Source: Octopus vulgaris
Lineage: Eukaryota
Assembly (NCBI GenBank): GCA_951406725.2
Contig: OX597823.1
Span: forward strand, 60,512,001 to 60,576,000
DNA: 64,000 nt
Direction of reading: 5' to 3'
Part shown: positions 26,479 through 38,774 of the stretch, in pieces
Numbering within the stretch: position 1 is the first letter of the stretch
Layout of the letters: each line of letters starts with the position of its first letter
The notes under the pieces: model-generated
Databases searched by the model: none
The model's input: only the letters and a program-made list of their open reading frames with translations
What the model was told of the DNA's origin: nothing
Program-made: the position numbers and the translations under genes

Positions 26479-26842
26479 AGTCTAAATTATCAACAAATAA
26501 GACTAATACATCTAAATAAAAAAAAATTGTAATAAGAATTGAAATTCTCACAACTGAAAAGTAGAAGTTAAATAAATTCTTGCTGATATATTTTATTTTT
26601 ATTCCTTTCACAAATGAGTAGAGAAAGGAGTGGTAAGAAGCCTTTATAAAACCGATCTAAACTCTATTAAGAGGAATGGTAGTATGACCCAGTTCCTCAA
26701 AGCCACAACTAGCCATTGTCCACTGTGGTCATAGTTTAAGCCCAAGCTATTTTTAGAAATAAATCCAAAAGACACACATGCTGATGCAAACAACCACACA
26801 AAGCATGCTGCTATTTCAATTAGTAAGCAACTGTCCATGCAT

Positions 26843-27224
26843 TAGGATGGGAATGAAATTTTGTCAATTTTTGCCCTGAAGAGATTTTTACCTTTTAAAT
26901 GCATAATGTAATCTTAATTGCAAAATATGAATGAAGGTAAGAAATTGAAATATATGTAGGCGATATGAAATTGACTATTATATAAATAAATTGATTTTTT
27001 TCTGAGTTCAAACTCTCCTTTTCCTTATATTATATTATTAAAATCCTGTTCTCCTACATCGAATGGATGAAAATATCTACAATGACTATTGGAACTTCAT
27101 AAGTGTTAACACTAATACTAATTAACGAATTCCGAGTATATTAATTGATATAGAACTAACCCAGTGTACGCTTGGATAAAATACATCCCTGTGAAAGAGC
27201 AAACTCTTTCCATTCATAACTTCA
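26843..27224 (-). mobile_element. Dispersed TA-flanked repeat, homologous to 57734-58152
   Basis: Collinear reverse-complement match by eye over ~380 bp ending CTCTTTCCATTCATAACTTCA|TA. Confidence 0.8.
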
Positions 27225-28129
27225 TATATATATATATATATAAATACATGTCTGTAAAAAGTAAAAGTGTCAAAAGGAAGAGTAAGTACACTTAGGCAGC
27301 TTTTTAATCACTACAAATGTATGTATGTATGCATGTATACATGCAATAGGTTACTTTTAGTTCCTGTCAACCAAATTCACTTACAAGGCTTTGGCCAGCC
27401 TAGGGCTGTAATAAAAAAACACTTGTTCAAGATGTCATGCAGAACCTAAAACCATATGGTTCAGAAGCACCCTTCTTACCATATAGCTACACCCTGCAAA
27501 TGTCATTCTATATTTTGGGAGGAGGTATAGTTTATGAAGTCAGCTCCAGTACTCGACTGGTACTTTATGGAGTTTTTTCTATTCTCAAAGGATGAATGAT
27601 AACAATGATCTCAGTAGGATTTGAATGCAGAACAGGAGGCACTCTACTGATTCCACCAATCTGCACTCCACTTAGTATTTATATTTGTTTAAAATTATTT
27701 TGATAAACTAGATCAACTATCAGCAGGGATTTGACCGAGTGTCAACTTGGTTCATATACATTGACAGTGTTTCTATCACAATGATGTATAAGAACAGCAG
27801 TTAATAACAGAAGTGGTAGCAGAGTGGTAATGAGAGTAGATGACCACGAATCCATTCTTCATTGTTGTTTACAAGTGATTATTTCCTTTTTAATTATTGC
27901 CCTCCTGTGTTATCCCTTATTCTAATTTCTAACTTTGACACCGGGTCACACATATTAATGGAGGATATAGTAAATGGAAGATATAGTAAATTTAATCAAC
28001 TCCAGTACTTTATTTTGTCTATCTCAGAAGGATAAATGGTAGGATTTGAATTCAAAATATAAGTACATTAACTATAGACCATACAGTATTTTGTCCTAAC
28101 ATTTTATCAATTCTGCCAATCCAGTACTT

Positions 28130-28451
28130 TGTTACTGTTTATTATCATCATCCTTATCATCATTATCATTATCATCATCGTTGTCATCGTCGTCGTCGTT
28201 GTCATCATCATTTTAATGTCCACTTTTCCATGCTCGCGTGAGTTGAATGGAATTTTATTCAGGGGTATTTTCTGTAGCTGGATGCCCTTCCCCTCACCAA
28301 CCTTGACCTCTTTTCAAGCAAGGTAATATATCCCCTTATCTGTATATGAATGATATATTCAGACATGTTTTCATGGAAGACTGGGACAGAAGGATAGTAC
28401 TTGCATGTCAGAGACATTCCTTTGCAACAATCACATGATGTCAAGGCAGTT

Positions 28452-28492
<41 letters not shown>

Positions 28493-28615
28493 TCTCCCAC
28501 CTCTCTCTCACATACACACACATACATACCATACATACTTATGTACATAATGGGTTTCTTTTAGTTTCTATCTATCAAGTCCACTCACAAGGCTTTAGTC
28601 AAATCAGGGCAATGT
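28130..28615 (-). mobile_element. Chimeric SINE: family A head, microsatellite, RTE-type tail
   Basis: TCCACTCACAAGGCTTT (A head) at ~28580; TTAATGTCCACTTTTCCATGC plus (ATC)n at the left end. Confidence 0.7.
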
Positions 28616-28695
28616 TAGAATATGATCGCCCACATCAGGGCAATATTAGAATATAATTGACCACATCAGGACAATATTAGGATAGAATTTCCCAA
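28604..28695. repeat. 31-bp tandem repeat x3
   Basis: TCAGG(G/A)CAAT(G/A)TTAG(A/G)ATA.. repeated three times. Confidence 0.85.
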
Positions 28696-28710
28696 ATACT
28701 GGTTGGTTCA

Positions 28711-29060
28711 AGGGACATGGTTCAGTGGTTAGAGCATTGGGCTCACAATAATGGGGTAGTGAGTTCGATTCCTGGACCGGGCTGTGTGTTGTGTTCTTGA
28801 GCAAGGTACTTTATTTCACATTGCTCCAGTTCATTCAGCTGCAGAAATATGAGTTATGAAATCACTGGTGCCAAACTGTATCAGCCTTTGCCTTTCCCTT
28901 CGATAAAACCAGTGGTGTGCAGAGGGGAGGCTGGTATGCATGACCCTAGGTTAACTCCCCACTGATAATTGATATAGTTTATCAAAATAATTTTAAACAT
29001 GCTCAGACTTTCTAGGTGCAATCCCATGGTCATTCATGACTGAAGGGTGTCCTTGCCCTT
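28711..29060 (+). mobile_element. SINE family D with foreign internal segment
   Basis: Matches 9197-9530 except ~28941-29007. Confidence 0.9.
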
Positions 29061-29077
29061 TATTCTAATTACATTTA

Positions 29078-29488
29078 AGGTGATGAGCTGGCAGAATTAT
29101 AAGCATGCTGGGCAAAATGCTTAGTGGCATTTCGTCTGTCATTATGTTCTGAGTTCAAATTCTACTGAGGTCAATTTTAATTTTCACCCTTCCAGGGTCG
29201 ATAAAATAAGTACCAGCTGAGCTGCTGGCTTCGTGCCAAAAATTTAAATCATTATCCTAATTATATTTAAGGTGGTGAGCTGGTAGAATTGTAAGCACAC
29301 CAAGGTAAAATGCTTAATGGCGTTTCATCCATCATTATGCTCTGAGTTCAAATTCTACCAAGGTCAACTTCACCTTTCATCATTTTGGGATCAATAAAAT
29401 ATGTACCAGTTGACTACTGGGGTTGATGTAATCGACTTACCTCCTCCCCCTAAACTGTTGGCCTTGTGCCAAAATTTGAAACCAATAT
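29078..29488 (+). mobile_element. Two tandem family B SINEs
   Basis: Heads AGGTG(A/G)TGAGCTGG at ~29078 and ~29270, each with a B box and CCTTTCATC-type core. Confidence 0.85.
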
Positions 29489-29929
29489 TCTAGTTACAAT
29501 CAGAACAATATTTCTGTCCTCTTTGATAGGTTCTTAAATGGTTTCAGTTTTCATTCATTTATAGATGTGTTTGTCACAGAATCAACTTATCATGTAGACT
29601 TTGTTCTGTGGTGATAAGCATGTACATAACTAATTAAATACAATTCATTCCTGTATAAACAATTGGTTTTAAGCTTAGCCTAAATATGTCAACAGTGCAT
29701 TCACTAAATTAAAACAGACTTTAGCCTGCTACACAATATCTGAACTGAACTGAACTGGTTCAAACCCATTGCCCTTCTTATTGAAGAATAAATATATCTC
29801 CACATGAAAAACAAAATTATTTCCCTTTTTTAAAAGAAGTAATTTACTTATGTGACTGTTCCTTTAGTATTTCAAGCATTAGTTTCATTCAAGGGATTGG
29901 TTAAGCTTTGTTTATGATGAAGGAGAATG

Positions 29930-30180
29930 ACATCATCATCATCATCATCACTATCACCACCACCACCATCATCATCATCATTTCAATATTTGTTTTCCAT
30001 GCTGGCTTAGGCTGGATAGTTTAACAGGAGTTGGCCAGCCAGAGAGCTGCACCAGCTTTCAATTGTCTGCTTTGGCATGGTTTCTATGGCTGGATGCTCT
30101 TCCTAATGCCAACCACTTTACAGAGTGTACTGGGTGCTTCTTACATGGAATTGGTATGGGTGCTTTATATGTGGCACCTC
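29930..30180 (-). mobile_element. RTE LINE 3'-end fragment (family C)
   Basis: (ATC)n..TTTTCCATGCTGGC..GCTGGATGCTCTTCCTAATGCCAACCAC. Confidence 0.8.
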
Positions 30181-30509
30181 ATGACAATTATTTTTTAGTG
30201 CAATGAAGGGCATTGAACAAAATGTCTTTCAATATTTGTTCCAGTGCTTCTAGTTCTGAGTTCAAATCCTGCCTAGCTCAACTTTTCCTTTTGTTTCAGC
30301 ATGTAGCTTTAGAAAATATAATTTTAAGCCATAGAAAGAAACAGATTTTTCATTTAGTTTTGAAATTAGTCCAAGACTATTTGAGATTTTAAACCACTTA
30401 TTGACAGAATATTCCGTATTTTGAAATGACATTTGCACACTGATTCTACTGGTAGTAATAAAAAAAATAGAAAGAGTTAAATTAAAATGATGAAAATAAA
30501 AAACACGAT

Positions 30510-30675
30510 TCAATTTTGAAAGTGATATTAAAGTTTGTTTATTTGACTACTGTATCTCTGTCAGTGGAAACTAAAAAACAATAGAATTGAACCAAAATGA
30601 TTTAGTAATAAATCAACAAACTTAAGTAACAAAATCGCAGCATAACACATCAATTTAACGTTTTTGTTTTCATAC
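30510..30675 (-). repeat. Dispersed repeat, inverted homologue of ~41605-41795
   Basis: TTTTGAAAGTGATATTAAAGTTTGTTTATTTGACTAC versus GTAGTCAAATAAGCAAACTTTAATATTACTTTCAAAA. Confidence 0.75.
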
Positions 30676-30891
30676 TAGTCCAATCCTATTTATAATCTGA
30701 AATTAAAATGAGAAGAAGAAAAATATATATCGGGAAGATTTTAAAGTTATTAAGACTTTATGAGATTCAAGGGGAAAAAAAGAAAACTTAAGAAGAGAGT
30801 GAGTAATGTAGAACTGTACTAGCCCACTGAGACGATCACATGATTTAAATTCTAAATAAGAACAGTTTCTATGTATTCATATCAAAAATAC

Positions 30892-30952
30892 CTTCCAGAA
30901 AGGCATGAATATCACACAATCGTATTTTTGTTTTGAAAGTATCTGAAAATAG
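30892..30952 (-). CDS. Candidate exon 4, 61 nt (LFSDTFKTKIRLCDIHAFLE), phase 0 to 1
   Basis: Acceptor tttttttgctgtcacAG (alternative at 30942), donor AAG|GTATTT, open frame. Confidence 0.55.
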
Positions 30953-31031
30953 CTGTGACAGCAAAAAAATATCAATAATGTTCTAAAAGTCATGTTTCTA
31001 TATGATTTCTTCTGAAATTAAGTAATTCTGC

Positions 31032-31270
31032 TTCTTATTACTTTATTGCCCACTAGGGGGCTAAACATAGAGGGGACAAACAAGGACAGACAAAGGGATT
31101 AAGTCAATTACATCGACCCCAGTGTGTAACTAGTACTTAATTTATCGATCCTGAAAGGATTTTTGGCAAAGTCGACCTCTGTGGAATTTGAACTCAGAAC
31201 GTAACAGCAGACGAAATACCGCTAAGCATTTCACCCGGCATGCTAACGATTTTGCCAGCTTGCCACCTTT
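31032..31270 (-). mobile_element. SINE family B, long-tail variant
   Basis: GGCAAAGTCGACCTC..GAATTTGAACTCAGAACGTAAC..CGAAATACCGCTAAGCATTTC. Confidence 0.9.
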
Positions 31271-31617
31271 AAGTAATTCTGTTCTGTTTATTAAGTAATT
31301 AAGTAATTTTGTCTCTGTTTAACCTTTTTGATAAGCAAACAAATGCTTGACTGTGTAACCCTGAAAGCAGAAAGATTAATTAATATTTTAAGATATACAT
31401 ATTGGAATTGCTGTGCAGTTAAGGAGTTCATTTTGCAACCCTAGGTTTCAGGTTCTGTTTAAATGCATGTCACTTAGGGCAAGTGTCTTTTAATATAACA
31501 CTGAACTGATTACAGCCTTGAGAGTGAATTTGTTTAGCAGAAACTAACAATAGGGTCATTTGATTGATTAATGTATATATAATATATTAGTATGTGTATC
31601 AGTATATATCTTATATG

Positions 31618-32030
31618 TGTGGTTGCTTCTCAACCACATGGTACCCAGTTCAGTCCCACTGCATGGTACCTTGGGCCAGTGTCTGCTACTATAACCTCAA
31701 GCTGACCAAAGCCTTGTGAGTGGATTTGATAGACAGAAACTAAAAGAAGCCCATCATGTGTGTATGTGTGTGTGTGTGTGTGTGTATGTGTGTGTGTGTG
31801 CGTTGTATGTGTTGTGTGTATCCTTGTGTCTGTGCTTGTCCCCCACTACCACTTGACAACCGGTGTTAGAGTGTTTATGCCTTTGTAGCTTAGCAGTTCA
31901 TCAAAAGTGATCAATAGAATACATATCAGGCTTAACAAGTACTGGGGTTGATTCATCCTACAAAAAATTCTTCAAGGCAGTGCTCCAACATGGCCAAAGT
32001 CTAATGACTGAAACAGGTACAGGAAAAGAA
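31618..32030 (+). mobile_element. SINE family A
   Basis: CAACCACATGG..GTTCAGTCCCACTGC..(TG)n..GACTGAAAC. Confidence 0.9.
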
Positions 32031-32433
32031 ATGGCATAACTATCAGAATCATTTATTAAAAACTTCAGTCTTTTGACATTCTTTGGACAAATGTTTTTTG
32101 GTGATTCCTGTGCTTAAAGGGTTAACTTAACACTTCCACACCTCAATCTGTTTTCTGTTTTTAATTAGTTTTTAGGCTTCAATGTTTTAATCAGTTTTCT
32201 GTCATTGTCTTTCGCATACAGCCTTCAAGCCATGACTAGTATCCTGAAATGGACTCATCAATTATAACCGTCAGCTATAACAAAATATGACTTATTCTAC
32301 ACTTCCAAAAAGAAAGTGACTATGAAATACAGTTGCTATTGTTCAGAGTATTGATTTAATCTTCAGTATATAAAGCAGTTGTGAGTTCACAATAAACAAA
32401 ACGCTAAAGATAGATGAAATGTGCTAAAATTAC

Positions 32434-32562
32434 CAACAAAATTCTTTGGAAAATCTCTTCCTCACTTTTCAGGATTTTTCGTGAAGGTTTCTCATTAACA
32501 AATATCATAATACTTGCTGCTTCAGATATCACAAATATCACAGGCATTGTCTGGTGAACTGT
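32434..32562 (-). CDS. Candidate exon 3, 129 nt (TVHQ..NEKPSRKILKSEEEIFQRILL), phase 0 to 0
   Basis: Acceptor ctttttctgtggcAG, donor TTG|GTAATT, only frame 0 is open. Confidence 0.5.
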
Positions 32563-32893
32563 CTGCCACAGAAAAAGAGCAAGAGCGGATACAATAGCTT
32601 AAGTAACAAGTATAAACAGGACCCTGAGTATTGAAATTAAAATTGACCTCATTCGTTTAGTACCACTGTAACCTTGGCTGGTATAAAACACTAATAAAAA
32701 CACAAAGGAAGGAATAGAAGATTTAAATGCTTGAATAGCTGCATTCAGTTGAGAAGAAATTTATTCTAAAGGAGAAAGAGTCGAATTAAATACATTGATT
32801 TTTAATTTAGGAAGAATAAATCTAATCATTGTATTTTTCTGGCGACTCTCCATACCATAGACACACACACACACACACATATGTATATATATG

Positions 32894-32959
<66 letters not shown>

Positions 32960-33045
32960 TATACACACACATACATATATATACACATAAATACATATAT
33001 ACATATATATGTATATATATATATGTATATATATGTGTGTGTGTG

Positions 33046-33080
<35 letters not shown>

Positions 33081-33535
33081 CTAAACTCTCTAGTAGTGTC
33101 TGAATATGTGTCTGCATGTATTTGTTACAACTATGGTGGAACGGAATATTTATTAGGTTTAAGAGAAACGTGTTATCATTATAAAACGCAGTCAAGAAGA
33201 AGTAACATATTGTGTATACAAGTTAGCATCAACATAATTGACACCTTTGATGTTCTAGCAGAGAATTCTACAAAAGTGTTCTGTGCCGTTACATTTTCAA
33301 GATATGTGTAAGCATTTCAAGATATTCTAATAGGACTGAGAAACATATATACAGTTTTATTAACAGCATCAAATAAGGAACTGTTGTTTTGTTGTGGTTT
33401 TAATGTTTGTAGAGCAAACATTTATTTAAAACTACATACTAACTTTATGTTTTTGATAAATGTTTTGGAAACTACCTCTAAAATTCAGGGCATTTCAAAG
33501 AAATTACAATAAAAATAACTTTTAGTTAACTTTAC

Positions 33536-33669
33536 CAGGCTTGAGTGGATGCCAAATATCAATAAAATGCTCCAGCTTGTTAAATTTATTCCAAACAAGA
33601 CAAAGGGTATATATCAGTGGAAATGGTAATTGTGAAACTCTTTTTTTACTAAGTGGTCATCCAAGTTAT
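33536..33669 (-). CDS. Candidate exon 2, 134 nt, phase 1 to 0, in-frame TGA at 33614-33616
   Basis: Acceptor ttattttgtAG, donor CTG|GTAAAG; DNLDDHLVKKEFHNYHFH*YIPF..HSSL. Confidence 0.45.
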
Positions 33670-34059
33670 CTACAAAATAACCAATCTACTTCATAGGTTG
33701 GCAAGGAAAGTGATAGGACAAATAAGATACACAATAACCAAGTCAATAAGTTTTCTCAGAATGATAAGACTACATTACTGGTAAGTTGCTTTCAGAGTAC
33801 GAAAGAGAGAGAAAGAAGGTTTGCATGAAATAAAGGAGAGGATGAAGTTTTCCTTTAAGGGGTGAGAACTGCTCACAGTTTGTATTTATTATTATTATTA
33901 TTATGAGAGGTCTTTTTCATATGAGTGAGAGAGCATGTGAAATAATATTTCCATATAATCTGATTTTTACTTTTAAGTGTCTTAGTATCTGTAGATAACA
34001 CTATTTTACTTTTCTTATGAGTTCCTCAGTACGACATAACTTGGGACCATGAAATTAGT

Positions 34060-34880
34060 TGGTCTCTAAAAATCTAGCTCTGAGGATGCTTTCTTGTTCT
34101 TTTTATGAAGTGATCTGTCCATTATGCCCCAAAAGTGTTGAATATGATTCATATCTGGAAGATTTTTATGCCATTCTCTTCCAACCAATCTTGGTTCTTT
34201 TTTAGCCATGTGACAAGGAGACCCATCTTCCATAAATAGTCTTCTTTAATCCTTTCAGCACTGGAGAAGATTGGAAGGAGTCCTTACTGTAATACTGTCA
34301 CATATTTATCTGAGTTTATGTTTCCTTCAAACTCCATCAGCTCTGATCACCCATTGATCGAAATTGCTCCCCAAACTATCACAGAATAGCCACCACGTTT
34401 TATTGTTGGCTGCAATATTTTCACATCAAATTTTTGATCACAGAGTCTCCAGACCCTCACTCAACCACTGTCAGAAAATACAGCAAATCTGGACTCATCA
34501 GAGGATATGACAGTGTCCCAAAATGCTAGTGGCCTCTCCATCATCTCACTGGCCCAGTGTTTTCTCTGCTTGATATTGGCTGTTCTGGGACTGACATCAA
34601 ATTTATTCTGCTATGTCAGAGGCCTCGCAATGAGGATTATCTTCCACACTTCTCTTGACAAACTGAAGGATTCTGTCAGAGGGTCCTGGTTGACCTGGAC
34701 AAGGTGATGTGGACTTCTTCCCCTCTGTGGTAAATTGCACAATCACTCTATTAACTGCAGAAAGTGAGATCCCAAGGTTTTCTATGATTTTACGCTGACT
34801 AAGTCCACCTTCAGATTGACCCACAATATGGTCTCTTTGAAATTCAGACAGTTACAAGGTTTCTTTTGTATACAGCATGA
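34060..34880 (-). mobile_element. Tc1-family transposase remnant with internal deletions
   Basis: [65 protein letters not shown]; TIRs not recognised. Confidence 0.88.
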
Positions 34881-35081
34881 TTAAATAGTTACATATAGAA
34901 CCTGAAACATAAAAATGTCAATTAATAAAAGATATATACCTTTACAAGCTAGAATAAACATAAAATGATGTTTTATGGAGTATCTATTTACATCTATTTA
35001 CTTCTGTTATGTCTGTGTATATAGATATGTATAGACGTTATATGTATATATATTATATGTGTATATATATATATGTATATA

Positions 35082-35305
35082 CTGTTGTGGCTGTGGAGTG
35101 TCATTTTCTTTTTGTGCCTTATAATTTAACACACCCACCAGTAAAATTTCCACTTATTTCTTATTTTTATTTTCCTAAATTTTACCGGTGAGTGTGTTAA
35201 ATTATAAGGCACAAAAAGAAAATGACTCTCCCCAGACACAACAGAATATGCTTCAACACACGAACTCATATGAAGAATCTTGCAAACCAAATCCAAAAAC
35301 GAAAT
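35082..35305. mobile_element. Fold-back repeat insertion, same family as 22099-22409
   Basis: GTCATTTTCTTTTTGTGCCTTATAATTTAACACAC versus GTGTGTTAAATTATAAGGCACAAAAAGAAAATGAC. Confidence 0.85.
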
Positions 35306-35387
35306 ATATGTATATATATATATATAGATTTATATATCATATATAAAACATATATATATATACATACATACATACATACATATCTAT

Positions 35388-35447
<60 letters not shown>

Positions 35448-35495
35448 TTAAGGTGTATTCTGTTAGGAACATAGCAGAGAACAAAATAAAGCTCA

Positions 35496-35567
35496 TTTAC
35501 CCTTAGAATTACCAAATGGCCATGGTATACTTTACCCTTAGAATTACCAATGGCTATGGTATACTTT
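35496..35567. repeat. 35-bp tandem duplication
   Basis: TTTACCCTTAGAATTACCAA(A)TGGC(C/T)ATGGTATAC x2. Confidence 0.9.
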
Positions 35568-36551
35568 CAAGTCTCCATCTACTAAATCAACTCACAAGGT
35601 TTTGATCAGCCTAGAGCTATAGTAGAAGACAATTGCCCAAGTTGCTTCAAAGGTGACTAAACTCAGAACAATAGCATAAACATTTAAAAAGTTCTGTTGC
35701 TTGACAACCATAAAGTCTAAATGAAGCTAAAAAGGTCTGGAGGGAATGCAAATAGGGCTCAAAATCCAGTGTTTCATTATGAGATAATGTTAATAAGGTT
35801 TTCTAGCAAAAGTCCTAATCTTCATCAATTTGAAGAGGATTATCTGCAGTAGATATAATTGACATCCAACGACCCAACATTCTAAGTTCACATCACACCA
35901 ATGCCATTAACTTTGTCTTCCAAAACCAATCAAATACTGAAGTTGATACAATCAACTAGTAGTTATAATCAACCGTGTACTTTCATAAGTAAATCAATAG
36001 ATTTACTTATTAATTGATACCTCTGATCACTGAAAGTTGTTTATTTACAGCAGTGTGTAAATAAATAAATATAATACTACAGTACTTGACTGGTAATTTA
36101 TTTTTACTAACTTTTGAAAAGATGAAAGGCAATATTCACACAGCAAAGAATTTGAACTGATAACATGAAACAATGCAACTAGGTATTGCCAAGAGTTCTC
36201 CCTGACACTTTGGTAATTTTGATAATTACTGTTCTGTGACAGTGTCAATAATAAAAATTATACATAGGATTGTGCATTATATACATATATATATACATAC
36301 ACACACACACATATAAACGTGTGTGTGTGTGTGTGTGTGTAGTGTTTGAAGTGTAGAACAGATATTGTATATTGAGAAAAAGGAGGCATACTTGGAAGAA
36401 AAGCTTTATGAAGAAATAAAGAGAGCTTTTATGAAGAATTATCCAAAATTTTGACAGCCACATTTATCTCAATATATAATATCTGTGCACCACTTCAGAC
36501 ACTCTATACACACACACATACACACATACACACACACACACATATATATAC

Positions 36552-36621
<70 letters not shown>

Positions 36622-36639
36622 GTATGTATATATATATAA

Positions 36640-36952
36640 AACAATAAACCTCGCCCTTTTCAAGCCTAGCCAGGCTCATGGGCCCGGTTTCCCAGTTTCT
36701 GTGGTGTATGTGTTCCCCTCTGGTGAGCACGACGCCAGTCCATCACAGCATTACTCAAGAAACAGGAAGAGAGAGTGAGAGAAAGTTGTAGCAAAAGAGT
36801 ACAACAGGGGTCACCACCACCCCCTGCCAGAGCCTCATGGAGCTTTTAGGTGTTTTCGCTAATAAACACACATAATGCCCGGTCGGGAAATCGAAACCGC
36901 GATCCTCCGACCGCGAGTCCACTGCCCCAACCACTGGGCCATTGTGCCTCTG

Positions 36953-36953
<1 letters not shown>
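36640..36953 (-). mobile_element. CpG-rich tRNA-derived SINE with V-domain-like motif
   Basis: Minus strand: A box TGGCCCAGTGG, B box GTTTCGATTTCC, GATGGACTGGCGTC motif; related tail at 52550-52800. Confidence 0.8.
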
Positions 36954-37022
<69 letters not shown>

Positions 37023-37050
37023 GACACACACACACACACACACACACAGA

Positions 37051-37445
37051 TGACTTGTTAAGGTCATCGCAATACATTTTCTTTAGAAATCATAGCCAGC
37101 ACTGATTTTGTTATGACATTTCGTATCCAAGATGCCAAATGTAAACAACAACAATGAGATTGAAAATGAAAAATGAGTAATAGACATATATATACGACAT
37201 ATTTCAGGAGATTTTGGTCCTTCATCAACATCCATCCAACCCATTAATTATCCACGAATTCATTGCTTAAATAGCCACTAAATATAACCGTGTAATGTTA
37301 CTAGATTATACCATAACCCGTTTTTCATTCAATTTCATTGTTGTTGTCCATATCTGTCTGGTGTCTTGGATATGTAACGTGGTAATAGAATTAGTGCTAG
37401 TTATAATTTCTATCTAAAATCTGTAGAGATGATGTAAACAAGTGT
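37051..37445. mobile_element. Old MITE-like element with ~130-bp imperfect inverted arms
   Basis: TATCCAAGATGCCA..ACAACAACAATGAGATTG versus CAATTTCATTGTTGTTGT..TGGTGTCTTGGATA. Confidence 0.65.
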
Positions 37446-37538
37446 TTTAATAGCACTGCTAACACAGAAGGACACAGTATTGACTTATAAAAATGTTGAA
37501 TATACTTTGTAGTACATTATGGTTGGATAACGAAATAC

Positions 37539-37635
37539 CATGTCCCGACAAGTCATTAATATACACACGGTTTAAATTCTTAAAAATTTTTTTTAAATGC
37601 CTCGGTATGAAGATATTTCGTTCGTCCTCCGCCAT
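37539..37635 (-). CDS. Candidate first coding exon (MAEDERNIFIPRHLKKIFKNLNRVYINDLSGH), ends phase 1
   Basis: gtaATGGCG start context, upstream in-frame TGA, donor ATG|GTATTT, local CpG enrichment. Confidence 0.55.
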
Positions 37636-37695
37636 TACTTTCAATCAAAACTTCCGTCTTTCCAACCCACTTCCGGTGAACCTATATAAATAATC
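37628..37695 (-). promoter_or_regulatory. Putative housekeeping-type promoter or 5' UTR
   Basis: Two ETS cores CGGAAGT (~37650, ~37670), YY1-like AATGGCGG over the ATG, TATATAAA on + at ~37683. Confidence 0.5.
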
Positions 37696-37959
37696 ACCTT
37701 GTGTGCTTATCTTTCATTCACCCCTTCTTGACCACACAGCGATGATCATAGCAAGCAAGCTAAGAATTCTCATTTCATCTCTTCCTGACTCTTGTACTAC
37801 ACACATACATTTGCTGCTAACCCTTAAATGTTCGAATCTATTCACTAATTCTGCTTGTTCTTAAAATATAACCCTTTAATTTGTTTATCCCCTCGGTACC
37901 AAGTTAATTTGTTCGTTACTCTGTTCATTTCTTCAAACCCCGATTGTTTTAAGTCTACT

Positions 37960-38730
37960 GTCCCCAATCAAAATCTTCGCAGCCCGCCATTCGTTCGCGG
38001 TTCGCCCGCCCTCCCACCCCCACCACCCATACCGGAGAACACTCTGTTTACACCATCCTCACCGGATATCCCCTCTACCACCGCCACCACTACGTGTGTC
38101 TGTTCCTCCTACCCCTCCTCCTCAATATACTTTCTCATTATGCATTTTACCCCTGCCTCTCTCCCCCTGGACAGAAGCAGCTAGCGCTGCAGCTCATCAA
38201 ACGTCCCACTTAACCTGTTATCTTATGTTCCTCCTGTTTTGAAATGTGTCACTGCCTCAACCGGCTATCTCCTTCCAGCCCCCTCCCCACTCTTGATATC
38301 CTACGTTTTACTTCCTACTTTTCATTCTGTCTAGAACCTGCCACCAACCCTACCTGTCATCGTTTCTCTTTACCCCAAACCTTCCCCACTGGTGCTCCCC
38401 TATATTACATGCACCCCCCACCACTCTCTCTCCCTCTCCCTCTCTCCTCTCTGCCGGAACCCTCCCCCCCTGCCGCAATGCAACGAAAAAAGGCAATAAC
38501 CGATCGTGGCCGATGCCAGACCCCTCTGGCACCTGTGCAGGTGGCACGTAAAAAGCACCCACTACACTCGCGGAGTGGTTGGCGTTAGGAAGGGCATCCA
38601 GCTGTAGAAAAAACTGCCAGATCAGACTGGAGCCTGGGGCAGTCCCTGCTCCCCAGACCCCGGTCAAACCGTCCAACCCGTGCTAGCGCGGAAAACGGAC
38701 GTTAAACGATGATGATGATGATGATGATGA
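37960..38730 (+). mobile_element. CpG-rich family C copy with long C-rich upstream segment (left boundary uncertain)
   Basis: CCGATCGTGGCCG..GGTGGCACGTAAAAAGCACCCACTACAC..GGACGTTAAACGATGATG. Confidence 0.7.
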
Positions 38731-38774
38731 CACACACGTGCACGCACACAAACACACACTCACACACACACACC

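Noticed and set aside
26644-26838. ORF with WD40-like LNYDHSGQWLVVAL
   Set aside because: Single short motif, weak donor, incompatible phase
30262-30513. 83-aa minus ORF with a strong acceptor
   Set aside because: No clear donor; the in-phase reading stops after 27 codons; borders repeats
30892-37635. Naming the gene (faint SWAP70/DEF6 N-terminal or EF-hand-like resemblance)
   Set aside because: A few residues by eye and dependent on an assumed frameshift; needs an HMM search
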